Assembly (NCBI RefSeq): GCF_988243305.1
Contig: NZ_OZ547136.1
DNA length: 64,000 nt
Direction: 5' to 3' (one strand)
Positions 36,173 to 49,151 of this stretch are shown here, piece after piece. The notes under the pieces were generated by a model. The model worked only from the letters and a program-made list of their open reading frames with translations. It searched no databases and had not been told where the DNA came from. Position numbers and translations under genes: made by a program. Numbering within the stretch: the first letter of the stretch is position 1; each line of letters begins with the position of its first letter.

Positions 36173-37117
36173 ATGAAGCTTAAGAACACCCTCCTGGCGT
36201 CGGCACTGCTTTCTGCTACGGCATTCTCCGTTAACGCAGCAACAGAACTGACACCGGAGCAAGCGGCAGCGGTTAAACCTTTTGACCGTGTAGTGGTTAC
36301 CGGTCGTTTTAATGCTATTGGCGAAGCGGTGAAAGCCGTTTCTCGTCGCGCAGATAAAGAAGGTGCCGCCTCTTTTTATGTTGTCGACACTTCTGATTTT
36401 GGTAACAGCGGTAACTGGCGTGTGGTCGCTGACCTCTATAAAGCCGATGCTGAAAAAGCAGAAGAAACAAGTAATCGCGTAATTAACGGTGTTGTCGAAC
36501 TGCCGAAAGATCAGGCTGTTCTGATTGAACCGTTTGACACGGTCACCGTCCAGGGCTTCTATCGTAGCCAGCCAGAAGTCAATGATGCCATCACCAAAGC
36601 GGCAAAAGCGAAAGGTGCCTACTCTTTCTACATCGTTCGTCAAATCGATGCCAACCAGGGCGGCAACCAGCGTATTACTGCATTCATCTATAAAAAAGAT
36701 GCGAAGAAACGTATCGTCCAGAGCCCGGATGTGATCCCGGCAGATTCCGAAGCAGGACGTGCAGCTCTGGCTGCCGGTGGCGAAGCCGCGAAGAAAGTTG
36801 AGATTCCGGGTGTTGCGACTACCGCATCACCAAGCTCTGAAGTCGGTCGCTTCTTTGAAACCCAGTCATCAAAAGGCGGGCGTTACACTGTCACGCTTCC
36901 TGACGGCACTAAAGTCGAAGAACTGAACAAAGCGACCGCAGCGATGATGGTCCCGTTCGACAGCATCAAATTCTCTGGCAACTACGGCAACATGACTGAA
37001 GTCTCCTATCAGGTTGCGAAACGTGCCGCGAAGAAAGGTGCTAAATATTACCACATCACCCGCCAGTGGCAGGAACGTGGTAATAACCTGACCGTCAGCG
37101 CAGATCTGTATAAATAA
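36173..37117 (+). CDS. ydgH: Periplasmic DUF1471-repeat protein YdgH
   Basis: 314 aa with signal peptide MKLKNTLLASALLSATAFSVNA and three YdgH/BhsA-type repeats. Confidence 0.94.
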   Translation: MKLKNTLLASALLSATAFSVNAATELTPEQAAAVKPFDRVVVTGRFNAIGEAVKAVSRRADKEGAASFYVVDTSDFGNSGNWRVVADLYKADAEKAEETSNRVINGVVELPKDQAVLIEPFDTVTVQGFYRSQPEVNDAITKAAKAKGAYSFYIVRQIDANQGGNQRITAFIYKKDAKKRIVQSPDVIPADSEAGRAALAAGGEAAKKVEIPGVATTASPSSEVGRFFETQSSKGGRYTVTLPDGTKVEELNKATAAMMVPFDSIKFSGNYGNMTEVSYQVAKRAAKKGAKYYHITRQWQERGNNLTVSADLYK

Positions 37118-37135
37118 CTATTCAGTTACTCCTAT

Positions 37136-37156
37136 AAGGCGGCTTGATGCCGCCTT
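37136..37156 (+). terminator. ydgH terminator hairpin
   Basis: AAGGCGGC-ttgat-GCCGCCTT followed by TCGCATTTTT. Confidence 0.7.
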
Positions 37157-37302
37157 TCGCATTTTTAGTCACAAATTTCCCCGCGACCATTGCATGCAGA
37201 CACATCTCTTCGTAAAATCCCGCGCTTCAGTGGCAAACTCCATTTTTATGCGTTTTGCCCTAATATTTATTCTTCTTATCACGTTTTAATCACTGGATAT
37301 CG

Positions 37303-38685
37303 ATGGAAAAGAAACTGGGACTGAGCGCACTCACCGCGCTGGTATTAAGCTCAATGCTGGGCGCGGGTGTTTTCAGTCTGCCGCAAAATATGGCAGCAGT
37401 TGCCAGCCCGGCAGCACTGCTCATCGGCTGGGGCATTACTGGCGCTGGCATTTTATTGCTGGCCTTTGCCATGCTGATCCTCACGCGCATTCGTCCCGAA
37501 CTTGACGGCGGTATCTTTACCTATGCCCGCGAAGGGTTTGGCGAGCTAATCGGCTTTTGTTCCGCATGGGGATACTGGCTGTGCGCGGTCATCGCCAACG
37601 TCTCCTATCTGGTGATCGTTTTTTCCGCGTTAAGCTTTTTTACGGACACGCCGGAATTGCGCCTGTTTGGCGATGGTAATACCTGGCAATCGATCGTCGG
37701 TGCATCGGCTTTATTGTGGATTGTTCACTTTTTGATCCTGCGCGGGGTGCAAACCGCTGCCAGCATTAACCTGGTGGCAACACTGGCAAAACTGTTGCCG
37801 CTGGGTCTGTTTGTTGTGTTGGCGATGATGATGTTCAAACTGGATACCTTCAAGCTCGACTTCACCGGACTTGCACTTGGCGTACCCGTTTGGGAACAGG
37901 TGAAAAACACCATGCTGATCACCCTGTGGGTTTTCATTGGTGTGGAAGGTGCCGTGGTTGTTTCTGCGCGTGCGCGTAATAAACGTGATGTTGGCAAAGC
38001 GACACTGCTGGCGGTTCTCTCCGCTCTGGGCGTTTACTTGCTGGTAACGCTGCTTTCGTTGGGTGTGGTGGCACGTCCTGAACTGGCTGAAATTCGTAAC
38101 CCGTCAATGGCCGGTCTGATGGTGGAAATGATGGGACCATGGGGCGAAATCATCATCGCTGCCGGTTTAATCGTTTCCGTTTGCGGCGCGTACTTAAGCT
38201 GGACCATCATGGCGGCAGAAGTTCCGTTCCTGGCCGCCACTCATAAAGCATTCCCGCGCATTTTTGCGCGCCAGAACGCACAAGCTGCGCCATCCGCCTC
38301 ACTGTGGTTGACCAACATCTGCGTGCAAATTTGTCTGGTACTCATCTGGCTGACCGGTTCCGATTACAACACGTTGCTGACCATCGCCTCAGAAATGATT
38401 CTGGTGCCCTATTTCCTGGTCGGCGCGTTCTTGCTGAAAATCGCAACCCGTCCACTGCATAAAGCGGTAGGTGTCGGTGCCTGCATTTATGGCTTATGGT
38501 TATTGTACGCCTCTGGTCCAATGCACTTGCTGTTATCCGTTGTTCTGTATGCACCGGGGCTGCTGGTTTTCCTGTACGCGCGTAAAACGCATACCCATGA
38601 TAATGTACTGAATCGTCAGGAAATGGTGCTGATTGGCATGCTGTTAATTGCCTCAGTTCCGGCGACCTGGATGCTGGTGGGATAA
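37303..38685 (+). CDS. ydgI: APC-family arginine/ornithine antiporter-like transporter YdgI (ArcD)
   Basis: 460-aa polytopic ORF recognised as YdgI. Confidence 0.94.
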   Translation: MEKKLGLSALTALVLSSMLGAGVFSLPQNMAAVASPAALLIGWGITGAGILLLAFAMLILTRIRPELDGGIFTYAREGFGELIGFCSAWGYWLCAVIANVSYLVIVFSALSFFTDTPELRLFGDGNTWQSIVGASALLWIVHFLILRGVQTAASINLVATLAKLLPLGLFVVLAMMMFKLDTFKLDFTGLALGVPVWEQVKNTMLITLWVFIGVEGAVVVSARARNKRDVGKATLLAVLSALGVYLLVTLLSLGVVARPELAEIRNPSMAGLMVEMMGPWGEIIIAAGLIVSVCGAYLSWTIMAAEVPFLAATHKAFPRIFARQNAQAAPSASLWLTNICVQICLVLIWLTGSDYNTLLTIASEMILVPYFLVGAFLLKIATRPLHKAVGVGACIYGLWLLYASGPMHLLLSVVLYAPGLLVFLYARKTHTHDNVLNRQEMVLIGMLLIASVPATWMLVG

Positions 38686-38721
38686 CGTTCATCCCATCGT
38701 TGGATAGCAAAGGAGATAACG

Positions 38722-39444
38722 ATGGGTAAAGCCCAGCCCTTGCCAATATTAATTACTGGCGGTGGTCGTCGCATCGGCCTCGCCCTCGCATGGCATTTCA
38801 TTAATCAAAAGCAACCGGTGATTATCAGCTATCGGACGCACTATCCAGCCATTGATGGACTGATTAACGCAGGTGCGCAGTGTATTCAGGCTGATTTTTC
38901 GACCAACGACGGTGTGATGGCGTTTGCCGATGAAGTACTAAAAAGCACCCATGGCCTGCGTGCTATTTTGCATAACGCCAGCGCGTGGATGGCAGAAAAA
39001 CCAAGTACACCACTGACCGACGTACTGGCTTGCATGATGCAGATCCACGTTAATACCCCATATCTACTCAACCATGCCCTGGAAAGATTACTGCGTGGGC
39101 ACGGACACGCCGCCAGCGATATTATTCACTTTACCGATTATGTGGTGGAGCGCGGTAGCGACAAACATATTGCCTATGCTGCAAGCAAAGCGGCACTGGA
39201 TAATATGACCCGCTCGTTTGCCCGCAAGTTGGCACCGGAAGTGAAAGTGAATTCTATTGCGCCATCGCTGATCCTGTTTAATGAGCATGATGATGCCGAA
39301 TATCGACAACAGGCGCTGAATAAATCACTGATGAAAACCGCGCCTGGCGAGAAAGAAGTGATCGACCTGGTCGATTACTTACTTACCAGCTGCTTTGTCA
39401 CCGGACGCAGTTTCCCTCTTGATGGCGGTCGTCATCTGCGTTAA
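38722..39444 (+). CDS. folM: Dihydromonapterin/dihydrofolate reductase FolM (SDR family)
   Basis: 240 aa with ILITGGGRRIG Rossmann motif and YAASKAAL catalytic motif. Confidence 0.95.
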   Translation: MGKAQPLPILITGGGRRIGLALAWHFINQKQPVIISYRTHYPAIDGLINAGAQCIQADFSTNDGVMAFADEVLKSTHGLRAILHNASAWMAEKPSTPLTDVLACMMQIHVNTPYLLNHALERLLRGHGHAASDIIHFTDYVVERGSDKHIAYAASKAALDNMTRSFARKLAPEVKVNSIAPSLILFNEHDDAEYRQQALNKSLMKTAPGEKEVIDLVDYLLTSCFVTGRSFPLDGGRHLR

Positions 39445-39776
39445 TGCAGCTTTATCCAGCATATAATCAACACCCATGCGCTTATCCCCCAACACGCAAC
39501 AGAACCAACAAAAGCGGCGGGCAAGCGCATCATTCCGGTGAAATACCACAGCGACGCCAGGTAAACAAAATAGGGAATAATCGACCACATGCTAAAAATG
39601 ATGGTTGCGCGTAAGGCTTCAATGCCGCGTTCGCTGGCAACAATATAATGCGCGATGAGCGCAAAGGTCGGGAAAAGTGGGATCAGCCCGGCGATATAAT
39701 AATTTTTCGTTTTTGCTAAAACACCAATCAACAGCACTACCAGCGCACCGAGCGCGGCTTTGATTACCAGCCCCAT
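39441..39776 (-). CDS. ydgC: GlpM-family inner membrane protein YdgC
   Basis: 111-aa hydrophobic ORF, convergent with folM (4-nt overlap). Confidence 0.93.
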   Translation of the reverse strand: MGLVIKAALGALVVLLIGVLAKTKNYYIAGLIPLFPTFALIAHYIVASERGIEALRATIIFSMWSIIPYFVYLASLWYFTGMMRLPAAFVGSVACWGISAWVLIICWIKLH

Positions 39777-39904
39777 CTTTTTACCTTAACACTTCCATAA
39801 CAAGTCATCAGTAGAATACCTGATGAAAACTTGTTTAGAAACGATTGATAGTAAGTAAAAACAGCGCGGTGTATTGTGACGTTTTTATATCTACCGTGAA
39901 TAAT

Positions 39905-40624
39905 ATGAACACTATCGTATTTGTGGAAGATGATGCGGAAGTCGGTTCACTGATTGCCGCGTACCTGGCAAAACATGATATGCAGGTTACCGTAGAGCCG
40001 CGCGGCGACCAGGCCGAAGAAACTATTCTGCGAGAAAATCCGGATTTGGTGTTACTCGACATCATGCTACCAGGCAAGGACGGCATGACCATTTGTCGTG
40101 ATTTACGCGCAAAGTGGTCCGGACCAATTGTTCTTCTAACCTCTCTCGATAGCGATATGAACCACATCCTGGCACTGGAAATGGGAGCCTGCGACTATAT
40201 TCTCAAAACGACGCCCCCTGCTGTTTTGTTAGCGCGTTTACGTTTGCATTTGCGTCAGAATGAGCAAGCCACACTGAGCAAAGGTCTTCAGGAAACGTCT
40301 CTGACTCCCTACAAAGCCCTGCATTTCGGCACGTTGACCATCGATCCTATCAACCGCGTAGTCACCCTGGCTAACACTGAAATCTCGCTCTCGACAGCTG
40401 ATTTCGAATTATTGTGGGAATTAGCTACCCATGCTGGGCAAATCATGGACCGCGATGCATTGCTGAAAAATTTACGTGGCGTCAGTTATGACGGACTGGA
40501 TCGTAGCGTGGACGTGGCTATTTCGCGGTTAAGAAAAAAACTGCTCGATAACGCCGCAGAACCTTATCGCATTAAAACTGTGCGTAACAAAGGCTATCTT
40601 TTTGCGCCTCATGCATGGGAATAA
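39905..40624 (+). CDS. rstA: OmpR-family response regulator RstA
   Basis: MNTIVFVEDDAEVGSLIAAYL... gives 239 aa from the internal ATG of the 259-aa track ORF. Confidence 0.95.
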   Translation: MNTIVFVEDDAEVGSLIAAYLAKHDMQVTVEPRGDQAEETILRENPDLVLLDIMLPGKDGMTICRDLRAKWSGPIVLLTSLDSDMNHILALEMGACDYILKTTPPAVLLARLRLHLRQNEQATLSKGLQETSLTPYKALHFGTLTIDPINRVVTLANTEISLSTADFELLWELATHAGQIMDRDALLKNLRGVSYDGLDRSVDVAISRLRKKLLDNAAEPYRIKTVRNKGYLFAPHAWE

Positions 40625-40627
40625 GCG

Positions 40628-41929
40628 ATGAAAAAACTGTTTATCCAGTTTTACCTGTTATTGTTTGTCTGCTTCCTTGTGATGTCTCTGCTGGTTGGGT
40701 TGGTGTACAAATTTACCGCCGAACGCGCGGGCAAACAGTCGCTGGATGATTTGATGAACAGTTCGCTGTATCTGATGCGCAGCGAATTGCGTGAGATCCC
40801 CCCACACGACTGGGGTAAGACGCTGAAAGAGATGGATTTAAATCTCTCTTTCGATCTGCGTGTCGAGCCACTGAGTAAATACCATCTTGATGATATTTCC
40901 ATGCACCGACTGCGTGGCGGCGAAATTGTCGCCCTGGACGATCAGTACACGTTTTTGCAACGTATCCCGCGCAGCCACTACGTGCTGGCAGTTGGTCCTG
41001 TTCCTTATCTTTATTATCTCCATCAGATGCGATTGCTGGATATCGCCCTGATCGCTTTTATTGCTATTTCCCTCGCCTTTCCGGTGTTTATCTGGATGCG
41101 TCCGCACTGGCAGGATATGTTAAAACTGGAAGCAGCGGCGCAACGATTTGGCGATGGGCATCTCAATGAGCGTATCCACTTTGATGAGGGTTCGAGCTTT
41201 GAACGACTTGGTATCGCATTTAACCAGATGGCGGACAATATCAACGCCTTGATTGCCAGCAAAAAACAGCTTATTGACGGTATCGCTCACGAACTGCGAA
41301 CACCGTTAGTGCGCCTGCGTTATCGACTGGAGATGAGCGATAACCTGAGCGCCGCCGAATCCCAGGCGTTGAATCGTGATATCAGTCAACTTGAAGCTTT
41401 AATTGAAGAGCTGCTGACTTATGCCCGACTCGATCGCCCACAAAACGAGCTTCATCTTAGCGAACCAGACCTGCCGTTGTGGCTGTCAACGCATCTGGCA
41501 GATATTCAGGCAGTAACGCCCGATAAAACGGTACGGATAAAAACGCTCGTGCAAGGCCATTATGCGGCGTTGGATATGCGCTTAATGGAGCGCGTGCTGG
41601 ATAATTTGCTCAATAACGCCCTGCGGTACTGCCATTCAACGGTTGAAACCAGCCTGCTACTGTCGGGGAATAGAGCGACATTAATTGTTGAGGATGATGG
41701 CCCAGGGATTGCCCCAGAAAACCGCGAACATATCTTTGAACCTTTTGTTCGCCTCGATCCCAGCCGGGATCGCTCAACCGGCGGCTGCGGGCTGGGGCTG
41801 GCAATTGTCCACTCTATAGCACTGGCAATGGGCGGTACGGTTAATTGTGACACCAGCGAACTGGGTGGTGCTCGCTTCTCGTTTAGCTGGCCGTTATGGC
41901 ATAACATCCCGCAATTTACCTCTGCCTGA
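40628..41929 (+). CDS. rstB: Sensor histidine kinase RstB
   Basis: 433 aa with HAMP domain, H-box IAHELRTPL and N/G boxes (DDGPGI, GGCGLGLAIV). Confidence 0.96.
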   Translation: MKKLFIQFYLLLFVCFLVMSLLVGLVYKFTAERAGKQSLDDLMNSSLYLMRSELREIPPHDWGKTLKEMDLNLSFDLRVEPLSKYHLDDISMHRLRGGEIVALDDQYTFLQRIPRSHYVLAVGPVPYLYYLHQMRLLDIALIAFIAISLAFPVFIWMRPHWQDMLKLEAAAQRFGDGHLNERIHFDEGSSFERLGIAFNQMADNINALIASKKQLIDGIAHELRTPLVRLRYRLEMSDNLSAAESQALNRDISQLEALIEELLTYARLDRPQNELHLSEPDLPLWLSTHLADIQAVTPDKTVRIKTLVQGHYAALDMRLMERVLDNLLNNALRYCHSTVETSLLLSGNRATLIVEDDGPGIAPENREHIFEPFVRLDPSRDRSTGGCGLGLAIVHSIALAMGGTVNCDTSELGGARFSFSWPLWHNIPQFTSA

Positions 41930-41971
41930 CACTACGCGCACGATGGTCAAGTCACCACCATTGTGCTATAA

Positions 41972-44334
<2,363 letters not shown>

Positions 44335-44476
44335 GGCCTGCTCCTCACCTGATTAATTTTTTCTTTCTGTTTTGCTTTCGTTAAGCAACTTTTAGCTCAC
44401 TCATTATTTACTATTTGATAACAAATGTTTGGTCTTTCGTGCCATGTAAAAAAACCGCCCCGAAGGGCGGCTCTGT

Positions 44477-46123
44477 TTATTTCACACAGCGGGTGCACTG
44501 TGTGAGTTGTATCTGCTGGAAGAAGTCATTTCCTTTATCATCCACAAGGATAAACGCCGGGAAATCTTCCACTTCAATTTTCCAGATGGCTTCCATTCCC
44601 AGTTCCGGATATTCAACACATTCCAGGCTCTTAATGCTTCCCTGCGCCAATACAGCTGCCGGACCACCGATACTACCGAGGTAGAAACCGCCGTGTTTTT
44701 TACAGGCATCCGTCACCTGCTGGCTGCGGTTGCCTTTCGCCAGCATGATCATACTTCCGCCCTGCGCTTGCAGTTGATCGACATAAGAATCCATCCGGCC
44801 GGCGGTCGTTGGGCCAAGAGAACCGGAGGCATAACCTTCCGGCGTTTTGGCCGGACCCGCGTAGTAAATCGGATGATCTTTAATATACTGCGGCAGCCCT
44901 TCGCCGTTATCCATCCGCTCTTTCAGTTTGGCGTGAGCAATATCACGACCAACGATAATCGTGCCATTCAGCGACAAGCGCGTAGAAACGGGATACTGCG
45001 ACAACTGTGCGAGGATCTCTTTCATCGGACGGTTAAGGTCAACGCGCACCGCTTCGCCTTCTCCCGCTTTACGCAGCTCTTCAGGGATATATTTACCTGG
45101 ATTATGTTCCAGTTTTTCGATCCAGATCCCCTGACGGTTGATCTTCGCTTTGATATTACGGTCAGCAGAACAGGAGACGCCCATACCGACCGGGCAGGAT
45201 GCGCCGTGACGTGGCAGGCGAATCACGCGGATGTCGTGAGCGAAGTATTTACCACCAAACTGCGCACCCAGACCAAGATTTTGCGCTTCGATCAGCAATT
45301 CTTTTTCCAGTTCCACATCGCGGAACGCCTGACCGTGCTCATTCCCTTCCGTTGGCAGTTCATCATAGTATTTAGCGGAAGCCAGTTTCACCGTTTTAAG
45401 GTTCGTTTCCGCAGAAGTTCCACCAATCACAAATGCAATATGATAGGGAGGACAGGCTGCCGTACCCAGCGTGCGCATTTTCTCAACCAGGTAATTTTTC
45501 AGTTTTCCCGGCGTCAGTAACGCTTTGGTTTCCTGATACAGATACGTCTTGTTTGCCGAACCGCCACCTTTGGCGATACAGAGGAATTTGTACTCGTCGC
45601 CATCAACGGCATAAAGATCGATCTGCGCCGGCAAGTTGGTGCCGGTATTCACCTCTTTATACATATCCAGCGGCGCGTTTTGCGAGTAGCGCAGATTATC
45701 TTCGATATAAGTGTTATAGACACCGCGCGCCAGCGCCGCTTCATCACCACCACCGGTCCATACACGCTGCCCTTTTTTACCAACAATAATCGCGGTGCCG
45801 GTATCCTGACAGGTTGGCAGAACGCCTTTCGCCGCGATGTCGGAGTTGCGCAGGAATTGCAGCGCCACATATTTATCATTTTCGCTGGCTTCCGGGTCAC
45901 GCAGAATGTCGGCCACCTGTTGTTGGTGAGCCGGACGCAGCATAAATGACGCATCATGAAACGCCTGACGCGCCAACAGAGTTAACGCTTCGGGTGCGAC
46001 TTTCAAAATCTCCTGCCCTTCAAATTCAGATACGCTAACGTGTTCGCTGGTTAGCAGGTAATACTCAGTATCATCTTTTTTGAGTGGAAAAGGAGCCTGA
46101 TAATGAAAGGGTTTGTTTGACAT
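44477..46123 (-). CDS. fumA: Class I (Fe-S) fumarate hydratase
   Basis: 548 aa, [29 protein letters not shown]... Confidence 0.97.
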   Translation of the reverse strand: MSNKPFHYQAPFPLKKDDTEYYLLTSEHVSVSEFEGQEILKVAPEALTLLARQAFHDASFMLRPAHQQQVADILRDPEASENDKYVALQFLRNSDIAAKGVLPTCQDTGTAIIVGKKGQRVWTGGGDEAALARGVYNTYIEDNLRYSQNAPLDMYKEVNTGTNLPAQIDLYAVDGDEYKFLCIAKGGGSANKTYLYQETKALLTPGKLKNYLVEKMRTLGTAACPPYHIAFVIGGTSAETNLKTVKLASAKYYDELPTEGNEHGQAFRDVELEKELLIEAQNLGLGAQFGGKYFAHDIRVIRLPRHGASCPVGMGVSCSADRNIKAKINRQGIWIEKLEHNPGKYIPEELRKAGEGEAVRVDLNRPMKEILAQLSQYPVSTRLSLNGTIIVGRDIAHAKLKERMDNGEGLPQYIKDHPIYYAGPAKTPEGYASGSLGPTTAGRMDSYVDQLQAQGGSMIMLAKGNRSQQVTDACKKHGGFYLGSIGGPAAVLAQGSIKSLECVEYPELGMEAIWKIEVEDFPAFILVDDKGNDFFQQIQLTQCTRCVK

Positions 46124-46321
46124 TGTTCTCTCACTTACTGCCTGGTTTGGTTATGCTCTGGGCGGGTGTTCCGTTGCCCTGTTAAAAGCGAGTAACAATA
46201 TCCTACACACTTTTTTAACAAAAACTGAGACTAGTACGACTTTTTGCGGCTCCAGGTTACTTCCCGTAGGATTCTTGCTTTAATAGCGGGATTAATTTCC
46301 ACATATAAACAGGGATTGATC

Positions 46322-47497
46322 ATGCAAAAACTCATTAACTCAGTGCAAAACTATGCCTGGGGCAGCAAAACGGCGTTGACTGAACTTTATGGTATGGAAA
46401 ATCCGTCCAGCCAGCCGATGGCCGAGCTGTGGATGGGCGCACATCCGAAAAGCAGTTCACGGGTGCAGAATGCCGCCGGAGATATCGTTTCACTGCGTGA
46501 TGTGATTGAGAGTGATAAATCGACTCTGCTCGGAGAGGCCGTTGCCAAACGCTTTGGCGAACTGCCTTTCCTGTTCAAAGTATTATGCGCAGCACAGCCG
46601 CTCTCCATTCAGGTTCATCCAAACAAACGCAATTCTGAAATCGGTTTTGCCAAAGAAAATGCCGCAGGTATTCCGATGGATGCCGCCGAGCGTAACTATA
46701 AAGATCCTAACCACAAGCCGGAGCTGGTTTTTGCGCTGACGCCTTTCCTTGCGATGAACGCGTTTCGTGAATTTTCCGAGATTGTCTCCCTACTCCAGCC
46801 AGTCGCAGGTGCACATCCGGCGATTGCTCACTTTTTACAACAGCCTGATGCCGAACGTTTAAGCGAACTGTTCGCCAGCCTGCTGAATATGCAGGGGGAA
46901 GAAAAATCCCGCGCGCTGGCGATTTTAAAATCGGCGCTCGACAGTCAGCAGGGTGAACCGTGGCAAACGATTCGTTTAATTTCTGAATTTTACCCGGATG
47001 ACAGCGGTCTGTTCTCCCCGCTGTTGCTGAATGTGGTGAAATTGAATCCTGGCGAAGCGATGTTCCTGTTCGCTGAAACACCGCACGCTTACCTGCAAGG
47101 CGTGGCGCTGGAAGTGATGGCGAACTCCGATAACGTGCTGCGTGCGGGTCTGACGCCTAAATACATTGATATTCCGGAACTGGTTGCCAATGTGAAGTTC
47201 GAAGCCAAACCGGCTAACCAGTTGTTGACCCAGCCGGTGAAACAAGGTGCAGAACTGGACTTCCCGATTCCTGTGGATGATTTTGCCTTCTCGCTGCATG
47301 ACCTTAGTGATAAAGAAACCACCATCAGCCAGCAGAGTGCCGCCATTTTGTTCTGCGTCGAAGGCGATGCAACGCTGTGGAAAGGTTCTCAGCAGTTACA
47401 GCTTAAACCGGGTGAATCAGCGTTTATTGCCGCCAACGAATCACCGGTGACTGTCAAAGGCCACGGCCGTTTAGCGCGTGTTTACAACAAGCTGTAA
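46322..47497 (+). CDS. manA: Mannose-6-phosphate isomerase
   Basis: MQKLINSVQNYAWGSKTALTELYG..., 391 aa from the internal ATG of the 417-aa track ORF. Confidence 0.96.
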   Translation: MQKLINSVQNYAWGSKTALTELYGMENPSSQPMAELWMGAHPKSSSRVQNAAGDIVSLRDVIESDKSTLLGEAVAKRFGELPFLFKVLCAAQPLSIQVHPNKRNSEIGFAKENAAGIPMDAAERNYKDPNHKPELVFALTPFLAMNAFREFSEIVSLLQPVAGAHPAIAHFLQQPDAERLSELFASLLNMQGEEKSRALAILKSALDSQQGEPWQTIRLISEFYPDDSGLFSPLLLNVVKLNPGEAMFLFAETPHAYLQGVALEVMANSDNVLRAGLTPKYIDIPELVANVKFEAKPANQLLTQPVKQGAELDFPIPVDDFAFSLHDLSDKETTISQQSAAILFCVEGDATLWKGSQQLQLKPGESAFIAANESPVTVKGHGRLARVYNKL

Positions 47498-47597
47498 GAG
47501 CTTACTGAAAAAATTAACATCTCTTGCTAAGCTTATTAAAGGCTTATAACACCTTCAGGCGGCCAGTCCGCCTGATTTCATTTTATGGATAATCATT

Positions 47598-49106
47598 ATG
47601 AATAAATCGCTGGTAGCGGTAGGCGTCATTGTTGCGCTAGGCGTAGTCTGGACAGGCGGCGCATGGTATACAGGCAAGAAGATTGAAACCCATCTCGAAG
47701 ACATGGTCGCGCAGGCGAACGCGCAACTCAAACTGACCGCTCCTGAATCCAACCTGGAAGTGAGTTATCAAAACTATCATCGCGGCGTATTCAGCAGTCA
47801 GCTGCAACTGTTGGTGAAACCCATTGCCGGGAAAGAAAATCCGTGGATTAAAAGCGGTCAGAGCGTCATCTTCAACGAATCGGTTGATCATGGTCCCTTC
47901 CCCCTTGCCCAGCTTAAAAAACTGAACCTGATCCCGTCGATGGCATCAATTCAAACCACGCTGGTTAATAACGAAGTTAGCAAGCCACTGTTTGATATGG
48001 CAAAAGGTGAAACGCCTTTTGAGATTAACTCCCGCATTGGTTACAGCGGAGATTCCAGTTCCGATATTTCGCTCAAGCCACTGAATTACGAGCAAAAGGA
48101 TGAAAAAGTCGCCTTTAGCGGCGGCGAGTTCCAGTTAAATGCAGACAGAGACGGCAAAGCTATCTCCCTTTCCGGGGAGGCGCAAAGTGGTCGGATAGAC
48201 GCGGTTAACGAATATAACCAGAAAGTACAGTTGACCTTTAATAATCTGAAAACCGACGGTTCCAGCACGCTGGCAAGTTTTGGTGAGCGCGTAGGAAATC
48301 AAAAACTATCACTGGAAAAAATGACCATTTCAGTGGAAGGCAAAGAACTGGCACTGCTGGAAGGCATGGAGATCAGCGGTAAATCGGATCTGGTCAATGA
48401 CGGTAAAACGATCAATAGCCAACTGGATTACTCGCTAAACAGCCTGAAGGTACAGAATCAGGATCTGGGCAGCGGCAAGCTGACTTTAAAAGTCGGCCAA
48501 ATTGATGGCGAAGCCTGGCATCAGTTTAGCCAGCAATATAACGCGCAAACTCAGGCGCTGCTGGCACAGCCAGAAATTGCCAACAATCCCGAACTTTATC
48601 AGGAAAAAGTGACGGAAGCCTTCTTTAGCGCCCTGCCGCTGATGTTGAAAGGCGATCCGGTGATTACTATCGCGCCGCTAAGCTGGAAAAACAGTCAGGG
48701 TGAAAGTGCGCTGAATCTGTCGCTGTTCCTGAAAGATCCGGCAACGACTAAAGAAGCGCCGCAAACGCTGGCGCAGGAAGTAGATCGTTCGGTTAAATCT
48801 CTGGATGCGAAACTGACCATTCCGGTGGATATGGCAACTGAGTTTATGACTCAGGTAGCGAAGCTGGAAGGTTATCAGGAAGATCAAGCGAAAAAACTGG
48901 CGAAACAGCAAGTTGAAGGTGCATCAGCAATGGGGCAGATGTTCCGTCTGACCACCTTGCAGGACAATACCATCACCACCAGCCTGCAATATGCTAACGG
49001 TCAGATCACGTTAAACGGGCAGAAAATGCCACTGGAAGATTTTGTTGGGATGTTTGCGATGCCGGCATTAAACGTTCCGGCTGTACCCGCTATTCCGCAG
49101 CAGTAA
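47598..49106 (+). CDS. ydgA: DUF945-family protein YdgA
   Basis: 502-aa ORF with an N-terminal signal/anchor; recognised as YdgA. Confidence 0.94.
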   Translation: MNKSLVAVGVIVALGVVWTGGAWYTGKKIETHLEDMVAQANAQLKLTAPESNLEVSYQNYHRGVFSSQLQLLVKPIAGKENPWIKSGQSVIFNESVDHGPFPLAQLKKLNLIPSMASIQTTLVNNEVSKPLFDMAKGETPFEINSRIGYSGDSSSDISLKPLNYEQKDEKVAFSGGEFQLNADRDGKAISLSGEAQSGRIDAVNEYNQKVQLTFNNLKTDGSSTLASFGERVGNQKLSLEKMTISVEGKELALLEGMEISGKSDLVNDGKTINSQLDYSLNSLKVQNQDLGSGKLTLKVGQIDGEAWHQFSQQYNAQTQALLAQPEIANNPELYQEKVTEAFFSALPLMLKGDPVITIAPLSWKNSQGESALNLSLFLKDPATTKEAPQTLAQEVDRSVKSLDAKLTIPVDMATEFMTQVAKLEGYQEDQAKKLAKQQVEGASAMGQMFRLTTLQDNTITTSLQYANGQITLNGQKMPLEDFVGMFAMPALNVPAVPAIPQQ

Positions 49107-49120
49107 TTCACAGCCAAAAC

Positions 49121-49150
49121 GCCGGAGATTTTTCTCTCCGGCATTTTTTT
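49121..49150 (+). terminator. ydgA rho-independent terminator
   Basis: GCCGGAGA-tttttc-TCTCCGGC followed by ATTTTTTT. Confidence 0.8.
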
Positions 49151-49151
49151 C

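Noticed and set aside
36095-36643. 182-aa minus-strand ORF
   Set aside because: It is antisense to ydgH and extends into the pntA-ydgH intergenic region. No RBS, and the composition is implausible.
44507-45520. 337-aa plus-strand ORF
   Set aside because: It lies entirely antisense to fumA and has an Arg/Phe-rich composition typical of the reverse frame of a highly expressed gene.
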